Program-made: the position numbers and the translations under genes
From: Archaeoglobaceae archaeon
Lineage (GTDB): Archaea; Halobacteriota; Archaeoglobi; Archaeoglobales; Archaeoglobaceae
NCBI GenBank assembly: GCA_038893835.1
Contig: JAWAQR010000003.1
Location: forward strand, 1-64,000
Reading direction: 5' to 3'
DNA: 64,000 nucleotides
Part shown: in pieces, positions 29,469 to 39,305 of the stretch
Layout of the letters: each line of letters begins with the position of its first letter
How positions within the stretch are numbered: the stretch's first letter is position 1
Notes under the pieces: generated by a model
Seen by the model: the letters and a program-made list of their open reading frames with translations, nothing else
Told to the model about the DNA's origin: nothing
Database searches by the model: none

Positions 29469-30357
29469 GCTTTATCAACACCGCTTTTTGCGCATGCAAC
29501 CTGTTCTCTGCTTGATCAAATACGACGCTGTTTGGCCCTTCTATGACTTCTTCCGTTATTTCTTCCCCTCTATGTGCTGGAAGGCAGTGCATAACTATTG
29601 CATTTTTTGAAAGCTTAAGAAGCTCCTCGTTCACCTGATAACCCTGAAAAGCTTTCAATCTCTCTTCCATCTCTTTTTCCTGCCCCATTGAAGTCCAGAC
29701 ATCGGTGTATATAACGTCGGCATTTGCAACAGCTTCTCTAGGATCCCTTACTATCCTCACATTACCACTCTGCATCGCTTGCCTTAGAATCTCTGCATTT
29801 GGCTCATAACCCTTTGGACAAGACACATCCATTCTAATCCCAAGCTTTACAGAAGCCAAGATCAAGGAGTTGCAGACGTTGTTTCCATCCCCAATCCAGG
29901 CCAATTTTATTCCATGTAGCTTACCCTTTTTTTCCTTAATGGTCAATAGATCAGCCAGGATCTGGCAGGGATGTTCCAAGTTGCTCAATCCATTTATCAC
30001 AGGTATGGAAGAAAATCTGGCAAACTCTTCAAGCGTTCTGTGATTCCTTACTCTCATCATGACTGCATTGACGTATCTACTCATAACTCTCGCAGTATCC
30101 TTTATCGGCTCCCCCCTTCCAAGCTGAAGATCGTTCCAGTTGAGATAGAGAGCGTAACCACCTAACTCGAACATGGCAACTTCGAAAGAGACACGAGTTC
30201 TTGTCGAGGGTAATTCGAAGATCATTGCAAGACTCTTGTTTTTCAAATAGTCCTTAAAAATACCATTTTTTCTCTCAGCTTTCAGTTTTTCGGCCATTTC
30301 TATTATTTGAAGAATCTCGTCTCTGCTTAGATCTGAGATCGAAAGAAGGTGTTTCAT
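29458..30357 (-). CDS. argF: Ornithine carbamoyltransferase
   Basis: STRTRVSFE, HPCQILAD, DVWTSMG, HCLPA. Confidence 0.96.
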   Translation of the reverse strand: MKHLLSISDLSRDEILQIIEMAEKLKAERKNGIFKDYLKNKSLAMIFELPSTRTRVSFEVAMFELGGYALYLNWNDLQLGRGEPIKDTARVMSRYVNAVMMRVRNHRTLEEFARFSSIPVINGLSNLEHPCQILADLLTIKEKKGKLHGIKLAWIGDGNNVCNSLILASVKLGIRMDVSCPKGYEPNAEILRQAMQSGNVRIVRDPREAVANADVIYTDVWTSMGQEKEMEERLKAFQGYQVNEELLKLSKNAIVMHCLPAHRGEEITEEVIEGPNSVVFDQAENRLHAQKAVLIKLIS

Positions 30358-30396
30358 AAATAAAGAAGTATTCAGGATAATTAATCTTTTCGTTAA

Positions 30397-30861
30397 TCAA
30401 CGCTTTGAATCGTGTTCCGCTTTTTCTGCGAATTCTATTATTCTCCTCATAATTTCTATGTCTCTATCCTTCTCCTTCAACCTGAGTTCGAATATCTTTG
30501 CTCTACACATATAATATGCATCGAACGCTTTGTAAACGATTTCGTCAACTATTTCGTAAAGCTTTAACATCTCTTTTTCTCTTAAATTCATCTCTCTTGC
30601 AAGCTCCTTTTTTAAATTCCCAACGAGTCTTATACATTCACTTGGAGAAAAATTCCTATCTGTTGCCATGTATCGCATTAAATCCTCTATTGCGTCATCG
30701 ATTTCAACCTTTTTACCATTATAAATTTGAAAAACACCAAAAACGATTTTTTCCACGGCTTCTCTTATGTAGTTCACAACTTCGATGGCAGGGGTTATTG
30801 GATAAGGAGCGAGAATTTTTTCCACCATTTTATCAACGATCGAGTTTAACCTTTCTTGCAT
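30397..30861 (-). CDS. RsbRD_N-domain (DsrT-like) protein
   Basis: IL.PYP, LMRYMAT..FSPSE...LKK, AFDAYYMCRAKIFELR pattern of RsbRD_N/DsrT. Confidence 0.65.
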   Translation of the reverse strand: MQERLNSIVDKMVEKILAPYPITPAIEVVNYIREAVEKIVFGVFQIYNGKKVEIDDAIEDLMRYMATDRNFSPSECIRLVGNLKKELAREMNLREKEMLKLYEIVDEIVYKAFDAYYMCRAKIFELRLKEKDRDIEIMRRIIEFAEKAEHDSKR

Positions 30862-30908
30862 GAATAAAGTACGGGAACTAATTTAAATCTTATCGCTAAA
30901 TTTTAGCC

Positions 30909-33245
30909 GTGGAAATAGTTAGGGATATTGGAGAGGAGTTGAAAAGCTCTTACATCGATTACGCGATGAGTGTAATCGTTGGAAGGGCTTTGCCAGATGT
31001 TAGGGATGGATTAAAGCCGGTTCAAAGAAGAATCCTTTACGCAATGCACGAAATGGGATTAAAGAGTGAAAAACCATTTAGAAAGTGTGCTAGAATAGTT
31101 GGGGAGGTATTGGGTAAATATCATCCCCACGGAGATGCTGCTGTTTACGAAGCTCTCGTCAGATTGGCACAGGATTTCACGATGAGGTATCCGCTTGTTG
31201 AAGGACAGGGCAACTTTGGAAGCATCGATGGCGATTCACCTGCAGCTATGAGGTATACAGAAGCTAGGTTAACAAAGATCGCTGAAGAAATGCTTGCAGA
31301 CATAGATAAAAATACAGTTGATTTTGTTCCAAATTTTGATTCAACCCTTCAAGAGCCCGTTGTTCTTCCAGCGAAGATTCCAAATCTGCTTATAAATGGT
31401 TCAAGTGGTATAGCTGTTGGAATGGCTACTAACATTCCCCCCCATAACCTTTCAGAAGTTTGCGATGCCATTGTTTATTGCATAGAAAATGAGAATGCTA
31501 CATTGGAGGATGTCATGCGTTTTATAAAAGGCCCCGATTTTCCAACTGGTGGGATAATAGTTGGTGAGGATGGGATCTTAGAAGCCTATAGGACAGGGAG
31601 AGGGAAGATAACGATAAGAGGGACTGTGGAAGTGGAAGAGGATCGCATAGTGATAAGGGAAATACCATACACGGTAAACAAGGCGAGGTTAATCGAAGAT
31701 ATAGCTAGGCTTGTTAAGGATGGGAAGTTGGAGGAGATCAAATCGATAAGAGATGAATCGGATCGCGAGGGAATAAGGGTTGTCCTCGAACTAAAAGGTT
31801 CTGCAAATACTGCTTTGAAAAAGCTTTACAGCTATACAAGCTTGGAAACGACTTTTGGAATAACCTTTTTGGCCCTTTACAACAACGAGCCGAAGATCAT
31901 GAACATTCTCGAGATAATCCGGCACTTCATAGAGCACAGAAGGGAAGTCGTGAGGAGAAAGATAAAGTTCGAACTCGAAAGGGCTAAAGAGAGACTTCAC
32001 ATACTTGAGGGATTAAAAAGAATTTTGGAAGACTTGGATAAAACGCTAGCTATAATAAGGGCTTCAAAATCGCCATCAGAGGCTAAAAAAGTCCTTATTC
32101 GGACTTTTGAATTGACCGATGCTCAAGCTGAAGCTGTGCTGCAAATGAGGCTTCAGAAGTTAACAGCATTGGAGATAAGGGCAATAATGGATGAGCATGC
32201 AAGTTTGCTTAAAGCTGTGAAAGAAATGGAGGAAACTCTGGCTAATCAAAAGAAAATAGATGAAATCCTGATCAGGGAGATAAGGGAAATTAAGGAGAAA
32301 TATGGAGACAGTAGAAGGACAAAAATAGTTCCAAAAATTGAGGAGCTTTTTGAAGTGGAAGAAACGATTCTTCTCATAACTTCAAAGGGAATTGCAAAGA
32401 GGATCGATGTGAACTCCTTTAGAAAGCAGGAAAGGGGATCAGCTGGAGTTGCAGCAATTCAAATGGATGAAAGCGATGAGGTTGCAGTTTTTAAAATTTG
32501 CAGAAATGACGAAAAGATCCTTATATTTACAGAATCCGGTAAAGCTTTCAGCGTTGAAGCTGAAGAAATACCGAAGCTGGATAAAAATTCTGCCGGATCA
32601 TCGCTCAAAAAGTTAATAAGACTTGAAGATAAAATTGTATCTGCTTTTGGAGTAAAGAACTTCAAAGGACACGTCATCGTTTTGACCGAGAATGGTCATG
32701 TAAAGAGAGTTCCTGTTGAGGAATTTGAAAACGCGAAAAGAGCAGGGATTATAGCTTCTACCGAAAGAATAGCTTGTGCAGACATTTTGAGGGGTAAAAA
32801 TCTCATCATAGTTACGGCGAAGGGATACGTTTTGAGATTGGATGCGGAAAAAATCCCCATCTATTCTAGAAACTCGAGAGGGGTTGTTGGTATAAGCTTA
32901 AGAGAGGGAGATAGAGTTGTTTGCATAACATCAGGAAATGGGAAAAATCTGTTAATTGTGAGCAAAAACGGTTATGGAAAGATTTGCCCCCTTTCCGAGT
33001 TCAGAGTGATGAATCGTGGTGCAATGGGTATAGTTGGATATAAGGTGACTGAGAAAAGTGGAGAAGTAGCTTTTGCTGAACTCTGCGATGATGGGGATGT
33101 CTTTCTTATAAGCAGCGACGGTTATTGCTTGAGACTTGGCATTGAAGATATACCGATTCAGCGCAGAAGCTCTTTAGGTGTGCTGTTGAGCAAAAAGGGT
33201 GTAAAGAGGGGATTTGTTTATCCAAAACATGACGAAAAGGCTTAA
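30909..33245 (+). CDS. gyrA: DNA gyrase subunit A
   Basis: [29 protein letters not shown] (catalytic Tyr), beta-pinwheel C-terminal domain. Confidence 0.96.
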   Translation: MEIVRDIGEELKSSYIDYAMSVIVGRALPDVRDGLKPVQRRILYAMHEMGLKSEKPFRKCARIVGEVLGKYHPHGDAAVYEALVRLAQDFTMRYPLVEGQGNFGSIDGDSPAAMRYTEARLTKIAEEMLADIDKNTVDFVPNFDSTLQEPVVLPAKIPNLLINGSSGIAVGMATNIPPHNLSEVCDAIVYCIENENATLEDVMRFIKGPDFPTGGIIVGEDGILEAYRTGRGKITIRGTVEVEEDRIVIREIPYTVNKARLIEDIARLVKDGKLEEIKSIRDESDREGIRVVLELKGSANTALKKLYSYTSLETTFGITFLALYNNEPKIMNILEIIRHFIEHRREVVRRKIKFELERAKERLHILEGLKRILEDLDKTLAIIRASKSPSEAKKVLIRTFELTDAQAEAVLQMRLQKLTALEIRAIMDEHASLLKAVKEMEETLANQKKIDEILIREIREIKEKYGDSRRTKIVPKIEELFEVEETILLITSKGIAKRIDVNSFRKQERGSAGVAAIQMDESDEVAVFKICRNDEKILIFTESGKAFSVEAEEIPKLDKNSAGSSLKKLIRLEDKIVSAFGVKNFKGHVIVLTENGHVKRVPVEEFENAKRAGIIASTERIACADILRGKNLIIVTAKGYVLRLDAEKIPIYSRNSRGVVGISLREGDRVVCITSGNGKNLLIVSKNGYGKICPLSEFRVMNRGAMGIVGYKVTEKSGEVAFAELCDDGDVFLISSDGYCLRLGIEDIPIQRRSSLGVLLSKKGVKRGFVYPKHDEKA

Positions 33246-33268
33246 ATATCTAGCCAGCAATATGAATT

Positions 33269-33389
33269 GCCGACGGCCATAGGAGCGGGGGAAACACCCG
33301 GACTCATTCCGAACCCGGAAGTTAAGCCCCGTTCCGTTCCGTGTTGTACTGGGTTCCGAGAGGTCCCGGGAAGCACGGAAGCTGTCGGC
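33269..33389 (+). rRNA. rrf: 5S rRNA
   Basis: GCCGACGGC/GCTGTCGGC terminal helix; GAAACACCCGGACTCATTCCGAACCCGGAAGTTAAGC; CTTAAATA promoter and T-tract terminator. Confidence 0.96.
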
Positions 33390-33405
33390 TTCGGCTTATT
33401 TTATT

Positions 33406-34470
33406 TTATTCTATTATACTTATTACGTCCAGTTTTTCAACTCTGGCTTTGAAATTCTGTGAGAGATTGGGTTCAGTTCTTCCATCATCACCGCTGACCA
33501 ATTCCTTCACGTAAAGCCCAGCATCTGTTTCGAACTTCAAAACTGCTACTCTTCCAAAGTGCTCAATTATCTCAGCCTTATAAACTCTTCGAACCCTTAG
33601 AATATCAGCTCTTCGATGAAGAACTCTTTTTGGCGTTCTCTGTCTTATTTCCCCTACTATCTTGCTCAGAGCAAATTCCAATTCTTCTCTGCTAACCTCT
33701 CTATCGAAAACAACTTTAGCTCGATAAATCTTTCTGAACCGCTCTTCTTTTATCCTCTTAACTTCTTCCGCCCCAGCAATTCTCAGCTCCTTAACAGCAA
33801 CCTTTCCCTTACAGAAATCGTTTATAATTCTCTCGACTTCTGAGATCTCAACTTTTCTCCTTTTAGGTTCAACTATCTCCAAAACAAATGGTCTTCCATT
33901 TCCAAGCATTCTCGCATCAACATCCTCCCTTCCTGCGCCATGTAGTATTGCATCCTTTGCTTTGAAAATCTCGATGACTGGTGTTGAAATCAATTCCTCA
34001 ACTGAGCTGATGTATTTTTTACCAGTAAAATTGCAGATATTGCATCCAGCTCCTTTGCAAAAACCACAGAGCCACCTCGTCTGAGAAATGTTGCGAACCC
34101 TTTTGATGTATCTACCATAAAGAAAGATAGGTCTTATTTCGAGATTGAAGGAGAAATCCTCTGGATTGAAAGTTATGAGCAGATCGGGTTCGTTGGACAA
34201 AAACTTACCAGTCAGATTTTTGATCTCTCTCTGAAGAACCTTTCTTATATTCATTTTCAAATCATAGCCAGTATCGGAAATTAGCTCCAGCAGAGCTCTG
34301 AAGCTTCCCTCGCTTTTTATGGCTACGTTGAAACTGTTGAACTCGAAGTCAAAATTTTTGACGATTTCTTCAGCTATTTTTTTAGCTTTTTCAAAGAAAT
34401 TGCAACAGACTACGCAGCTTTCCCCTTTTCCCCAGTTGAGCCTTTGATTGCAGAAATCGCAGAGCATCAA
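33406..34470 (-). CDS. pus10: tRNA pseudouridine(54/55) synthase
   Basis: YGRYIK, HGAGREDVDARMLG.GRPFV, QRTP.RV.HRRAD, GLYVKELVSGD.GRT. Confidence 0.95.
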   Translation of the reverse strand: MMLCDFCNQRLNWGKGESCVVCCNFFEKAKKIAEEIVKNFDFEFNSFNVAIKSEGSFRALLELISDTGYDLKMNIRKVLQREIKNLTGKFLSNEPDLLITFNPEDFSFNLEIRPIFLYGRYIKRVRNISQTRWLCGFCKGAGCNICNFTGKKYISSVEELISTPVIEIFKAKDAILHGAGREDVDARMLGNGRPFVLEIVEPKRRKVEISEVERIINDFCKGKVAVKELRIAGAEEVKRIKEERFRKIYRAKVVFDREVSREELEFALSKIVGEIRQRTPKRVLHRRADILRVRRVYKAEIIEHFGRVAVLKFETDAGLYVKELVSGDDGRTEPNLSQNFKARVEKLDVISIIE

Positions 34471-34509
34471 AAAGACTGGAATCTTTAAATTAAGATTTCG
34501 ATTAACATC

Positions 34510-35280
34510 ATGGAGCTGATAAAGAAGGTTGCAAAAGATCTCTTAGAATCTAGCTATGCTATAGCATTTACAGGAGCAGGGATTTCGACTGAATCAGGAA
34601 TACCGGATTTTCGCGGTCCTTCTGGGATTTGGAGAAAAGATCCTGAAGCAGAAAAGAGGGCTTATGAGATATATGGCAAATTTTTGAGAAATCCAAAAGA
34701 TTATTGGATCGAAGTTCAAAAATCCTCGATATATCCATTGCTTGAAAAGGCATTGCCAAATCCAGCACATAAGGCTCTAGCTGAACTCGAGGAAATGGGA
34801 ATTATAGAGTGTGTAATAACTCAGAACATCGATGGCTTGCATCAAAAAGCCGGAAGTAAAAACGTGATAGAGTTCCATGGTAGCGTTTTAAAGCTTCGCT
34901 GCATTAGATGTGGGAGCAGGTTTGATAAAAGGGAGTTTCAATCAACAATAGAAATGATGGAATTGCCGAAATGTAAGAGATGCGACAGCGTTCTCAAGCT
35001 CGACGTTGTGCACTTCAACGAACCAATTCCAATGGATGTATACGTTAGAAGCTTTGAAGAGGCAATGAAATGCGATTTAATGCTCGTTTGTGGAACTTCT
35101 GCAGTCGTTTATCCTGCAGCTGAACTTCCAAGGGTTGCGAAGCGAAGAGGGGCTAAAGTGATAGAGATAAATTTGGAAGAAACTCCTTTAACGTTCGAGG
35201 GAGTTTCAGATTACATTGTAAAGGGCAAGGCTGGAGAGATATTGCCAGCTATAGTGAAAGAGGTGAGAAAGATTTATTAA
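34510..35280 (+). CDS. cobB: Sir2-family NAD-dependent protein deacylase
   Basis: GAGISTESGIPDFRG, TQNIDGLH, HGS, CxxC pairs, GTSAVVYPAA. Confidence 0.93.
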   Translation: MELIKKVAKDLLESSYAIAFTGAGISTESGIPDFRGPSGIWRKDPEAEKRAYEIYGKFLRNPKDYWIEVQKSSIYPLLEKALPNPAHKALAELEEMGIIECVITQNIDGLHQKAGSKNVIEFHGSVLKLRCIRCGSRFDKREFQSTIEMMELPKCKRCDSVLKLDVVHFNEPIPMDVYVRSFEEAMKCDLMLVCGTSAVVYPAAELPRVAKRRGAKVIEINLEETPLTFEGVSDYIVKGKAGEILPAIVKEVRKIY

Positions 35281-35301
35281 CTTTAGGGCAAAAAAGGAGC
35301 G

Positions 35302-35625
35302 ATGGATGTTTCAAAGATGTTCATAGGTACTCAAGAACTGATTTTAATCGCTTTAGTTGTTTTAATTCTCTTTGGAGCCAGCAAACTTCCAGAAGTTGCT
35401 AGGAATTTGGGAAGAAGTGTTGCAGAATTCAAAAAAGCTCAAAAAGAGGCGGAGATTGAGCTGAGAGAGCTTGAAAAGGATATGAAAGCTTCAAAAGAGG
35501 AGAGAAGGGTTAAACTTGAGAAAATTGCAAGAGATCTTGGCATAAATCCTGAAGGAAAAAGCGATGAAGAATTGCTTGAGGAAATAAACAAAGCATTACC
35601 TAGGGTTGAGAAGACAAAGCCATGA
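35302..35625 (+). CDS. tatA: Twin-arginine translocase subunit TatA
   Basis: IGTQEL...LFGASKLPEVARNLG...EFKK. Confidence 0.92.
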   Translation: MDVSKMFIGTQELILIALVVLILFGASKLPEVARNLGRSVAEFKKAQKEAEIELRELEKDMKASKEERRVKLEKIARDLGINPEGKSDEELLEEINKALPRVEKTKP

Positions 35626-35628
35626 GCT

Positions 35629-36855
35629 ATGAATCTTAGGACTGCGATAGCTGAAGTGAATCCTGAAGTTAGGGATGTGAATCTTAGACATGATGAGGTT
35701 ATAGATTATTTGAAGCGCAATGGATTGCTGAACAAGCCCGTCATTATCAAAGTTGAGGGAAAAAGAGTTGCAAAGAACTTTCTCAGTTCCAGAGAAATGC
35801 TAGCCAAGTTTTTAAAAACGGATCCAAGAAATATAGCGATAGAACTTGCAAGGAGATATGAAAGGAGGGAAAAGATAGAAATAAGGGATTTCGAAGAGCT
35901 TGAATTTAAAAAAATCCACAGCATTTTCGAAATCCCCATAATCAAATATTTTCCGAGAGATTCCGCCAGATACGTGACGGCTGGTATAGTGATAGCGAAG
36001 AGAGATCATTACAATGCGAGTTTCCATAGGATGATGGTTCTCGATGAAAAGAGGTTCGCAGTTAGACTTGTAGCACCAAGGCATACTTATCTAATGTGGA
36101 AAGACGCTGTTGAGAAGGGGGAGGAGTTAGAGGTTGCTGTTTGCATTGGTGTACATCCATTGTTCATGCTAGCAGCAGCTACAAGGGTTCCGATTGGGGA
36201 GGAGTTCTCTTATGCATCAAAACTGATGGATGGATTGACGCTTTTTAAAAAAGGAGATCTTCTCATTCCAGATTCCGAGATCGTTCTCTTTGGCAGAATA
36301 ACTGCAGAAACTGTTCCTGAGGGACCTTTTGTCGATCTCACAGGAACTTATGATGACGTAAGAAACGAGCCAGTTCTTGAAGTGGATGAGATCTTTGCAA
36401 AGGAAGACTTCATTTACTACTCAATAACCCCTGGTGCAATGGAACATCGTATTCTTATGGGCGTTCCTTATGAGCCCGTGATTTATAGATTTGTTTCAAA
36501 CGTTTGTAAGGTTAAAAACGTTGTTACGACGAGTGGAAGCAGAAATTATTTCCATGCAGTAGTTCAAATAGAAAAGAAGACCGAAGGAGATGCAAAAAAT
36601 GCAATCTTGGCAGCATTAGCTGCAAATCCGAGCTTGAAAGGCGTTATTGTGGTGGATGATGACATCGACATATTCAGCTATGAGGACATAGATTATGCGA
36701 TAGCAACACGATTTCAGGCTGATAGAGGGCTAGTAATTGTGAAAGGTGCTAGGGGTAGTAGTCTTGATCCCTCGGCTGATGAAACTACGACCAAATGGGG
36801 CATAGATGCTACCAAGCCATTGAATAGGGTAAAGGAGTTCGAGAGAGTGATCTGA
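35629..36855 (+). CDS. UbiD-family decarboxylase (likely anhydromevalonate phosphate decarboxylase)
   Basis: NASFHR, EGPFVDLTGTYD, VVDDDID, GSSLDPS, KWGIDAT. Confidence 0.85.
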   Translation: MNLRTAIAEVNPEVRDVNLRHDEVIDYLKRNGLLNKPVIIKVEGKRVAKNFLSSREMLAKFLKTDPRNIAIELARRYERREKIEIRDFEELEFKKIHSIFEIPIIKYFPRDSARYVTAGIVIAKRDHYNASFHRMMVLDEKRFAVRLVAPRHTYLMWKDAVEKGEELEVAVCIGVHPLFMLAAATRVPIGEEFSYASKLMDGLTLFKKGDLLIPDSEIVLFGRITAETVPEGPFVDLTGTYDDVRNEPVLEVDEIFAKEDFIYYSITPGAMEHRILMGVPYEPVIYRFVSNVCKVKNVVTTSGSRNYFHAVVQIEKKTEGDAKNAILAALAANPSLKGVIVVDDDIDIFSYEDIDYAIATRFQADRGLVIVKGARGSSLDPSADETTTKWGIDATKPLNRVKEFERVI

Positions 36856-37268
36856 TGATTCTGAGCTTTGTCGGAAAATCTGGTTCAGGGAAGACTAGTT
36901 TAATAGAGAGACTTGTTTCCCAGCTACAAAAATTAGGTTACAGAGTTGCCGTTATAAAGCATGCGCATAAAGGCTTTGAAATCGATGTTCGGGGAAAAGA
37001 TTCGTATAGAATTTACGAAGCTGGAGCAGATGTGGCAGTTGTTCATGATGGAAAAATTGCAATATTCAGAAGGGGAGATTTAAAACTGGTTGTTGAAATG
37101 TTTAAGAATTACGATCTGATTTTAACAGAGGGATTCTCAAAAGAGGGATTTCCGAAGATTGCCTTGGACGATGGAGAGTATGAGAACGTCATTTTTAGAT
37201 ATAGGGGCAACTTTGAAACCCTTCTCAATTTTATTCTCGAACTCTTGGAAAAGAAGAATGTGAAATGA
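36855..37268 (+). CDS. mobB: Molybdopterin-guanine dinucleotide biosynthesis protein B
   Basis: GKSGSGKT, VIKHAH, GKDSYR, LTEGF. Confidence 0.9.
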   Translation: MILSFVGKSGSGKTSLIERLVSQLQKLGYRVAVIKHAHKGFEIDVRGKDSYRIYEAGADVAVVHDGKIAIFRRGDLKLVVEMFKNYDLILTEGFSKEGFPKIALDDGEYENVIFRYRGNFETLLNFILELLEKKNVK

Positions 37269-37331
37269 ACAAGTTCTCTCAAGATGCAAAGGGGAAAAAG
37301 CTTATTTAGAGTCTGATGAAGATATTGTTAA

Positions 37332-38387
37332 ATGGCTGAGAAGGAGGTTGAGCTTAAATACGTCATCTTACGCCCCCTTGGATATCCTTTAAAGGCAAGC
37401 TTTGTTGAGTATCCGAAAGTGGATAATCCAAAAGTCTTCAACGTTTATGCAAGAGAACAGTGGAGAGGGGAGATAGTATACAAGGGAAAACTGATCTTTG
37501 ACATGAAAATGTTCCCAGATTTTGCATTTGAAGTTGTAGAAGCAGTTCCACCATCTGGTTACATTTCTGATTCGACAAAGATAATCGTCGAGTCCGAGGC
37601 TAGGGTAATAGAGACTGAAATCGTGAAAAATATAAAGCTGGATGATGTAGTTGGGCAAGAGGAGGCGAAGAAAAAGGCCAAGGTTATTCTAGAGTACCTA
37701 AAAAATCCGAAGAAATTTGGAAAGTGGGCCCCGAGAAACATTCTTTTCTATGGCCCTCCAGGTACGGGGAAGACGATGATGGCAAAAGCTTTGGCAAGTG
37801 AAGCGAATGCACCCTTCATTTCTGTGAAATCAACAAAGCTAATCGGTGAGCATGTTGGCGATGGAGCTAGAAAAGTGCATGAGCTCTATGAAAGGGCTAA
37901 AGAGCTTGCGCCGAGCATTGTTTTCATCGATGAATTCGATGCGATAGCTCTTGACAGGAGTTATCAGGATCTACGCGGAGATGTATCTGAAATAGTGAAC
38001 GCGCTTTTAACTGAGCTTGATGGTATACAGAACAATGAAGGAGTATGTACGATAGCGGCTACGAACAGAATAGAGTTCATAGACTTTTCAATCAGGAGCA
38101 GGTTTGAGGAGGAAATAGAGTTCAAACTTCCGAGCTATGAGGATAGATTGGAGATTTTGAGAAGAAATGTGAAGGAGTTACCGTTGAAAGTTTCTGCAAG
38201 GCTTGAAACGATTGCAGAGCTTTCAGAGGGATTGAGCGGCAGAGATCTTGTTGAAAAGATAATAAAGGCTACACTGCACAGAGCTATTGTGGAGGGTAAA
38301 GAAGTGATAGAAACTGAAGACTTCCTGAACACTCTGGAAAGACTTAAAGTCACATCTAGGCAGCCACCAAAGCATATGTTCATCTAG
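37332..38387 (+). CDS. AMA-type AAA+ ATPase
   Basis: N-terminal GYPL motif, GPPGTGKT, FIDEFD, ATNR. Confidence 0.88.
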   Translation: MAEKEVELKYVILRPLGYPLKASFVEYPKVDNPKVFNVYAREQWRGEIVYKGKLIFDMKMFPDFAFEVVEAVPPSGYISDSTKIIVESEARVIETEIVKNIKLDDVVGQEEAKKKAKVILEYLKNPKKFGKWAPRNILFYGPPGTGKTMMAKALASEANAPFISVKSTKLIGEHVGDGARKVHELYERAKELAPSIVFIDEFDAIALDRSYQDLRGDVSEIVNALLTELDGIQNNEGVCTIAATNRIEFIDFSIRSRFEEEIEFKLPSYEDRLEILRRNVKELPLKVSARLETIAELSEGLSGRDLVEKIIKATLHRAIVEGKEVIETEDFLNTLERLKVTSRQPPKHMFI

Positions 38388-39214
38388 ATAGCACTAGCTA
38401 GCATTATTGCGAGGAAAATAAAGCCCAGCTTAATACTTGCAATCTTATACATTTTCTTTGCCATCGTTTTGCTAGGCTCCATAGCGAATTTTATACTCTT
38501 TATCAAGAAGTAAGTCGCGGGAGGTATGGAGATCAGGAAGTAAATGGGATGCATTGGTAGGTAAAAGTATAGAGCAACTACTGCTCCGATCATTAAAATC
38601 GTTGACAGGATTATGGCTTTCACAGTCTTTTCAACGCCGAAAATAACGGGAAACATCGGAATTCCTGTATTTCTATAATCCTCTTCGTAGTGGATTGCTA
38701 TGAACCAGATATGCGAGGGTATCCAGAGGAATACTATTGATGCCATGATGAAGCCGGGAATCGTAAAGCCTTTAACTACAATCCACCCAGCTAAAGCTGG
38801 CATCGCTCCTGCGAGACCGCCAATGATTATGGAATATGGACTTCTTCGCTTTAACATCACGGTGTAAACAAATATGTCGAAAAAAAGACCAAGTAGAAGG
38901 ACAAGGGCAAATTCCAATCTTGTTATCAAGGCGAGATAGAAGCCGAGGAGAAAGAGAATGGTACCATAGATGGCGCAAGTCTCTGGGCTAAGTTCTCCAG
39001 CTGGTACCGGTCTTTTCCTAGTTCTCAACATCATCGCATCTATGTCGCGATCGAGCCACATGTTCAAAGCAGTTGTACCTGAGATCGCGAGAAAGGTTGC
39101 TAAAGGTGGTATCAAATCCCTGCCTCCAGCTACTGAAAATGGAATGAGAAAAGTAATCATGAGTAGCAGCGTTTGCTTTGGTTTTATGACATCTATTAAA
39201 GCAGAGAGTTTCAT
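38384..39214 (-). CDS. ctaB: Protoheme IX farnesyltransferase (heme O synthase)
   Basis: NMWLDRDIDAMM.RT..RP.P.G, YT..LKRR, GG.AGAMP, WIPSH. Confidence 0.88.
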   Translation of the reverse strand: MKLSALIDVIKPKQTLLLMITFLIPFSVAGGRDLIPPLATFLAISGTTALNMWLDRDIDAMMLRTRKRPVPAGELSPETCAIYGTILFLLGFYLALITRLEFALVLLLGLFFDIFVYTVMLKRRSPYSIIIGGLAGAMPALAGWIVVKGFTIPGFIMASIVFLWIPSHIWFIAIHYEEDYRNTGIPMFPVIFGVEKTVKAIILSTILMIGAVVALYFYLPMHPIYFLISIPPATYFLIKSIKFAMEPSKTMAKKMYKIASIKLGFIFLAIMLASAI

Positions 39215-39305
39215 AAAGAAAAGACTCAAATGTTTTAAAAAGTCTTGTGAAAGTCTGCAAACGATAAATATAATAAGATTTTTAAAGCAAAGAAGAACTC
39301 AATTC

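Noticed and set aside
33267-33452. 61-aa ORF in the track
   Set aside because: It is the 5S rRNA gene.
37313-37360. TGATGA...CTGA as a box C/D sRNA
   Set aside because: No second C'/D pair, and it overlaps the AAA ATPase start.
38970-39305. 112-aa N-terminal extension on the LLM oxidoreductase (similar extensions on mat, fno, nnr, rfcS)
   Set aside because: Open-frame artefacts running through neighbouring genes or promoters; family-consistent starts lie downstream.
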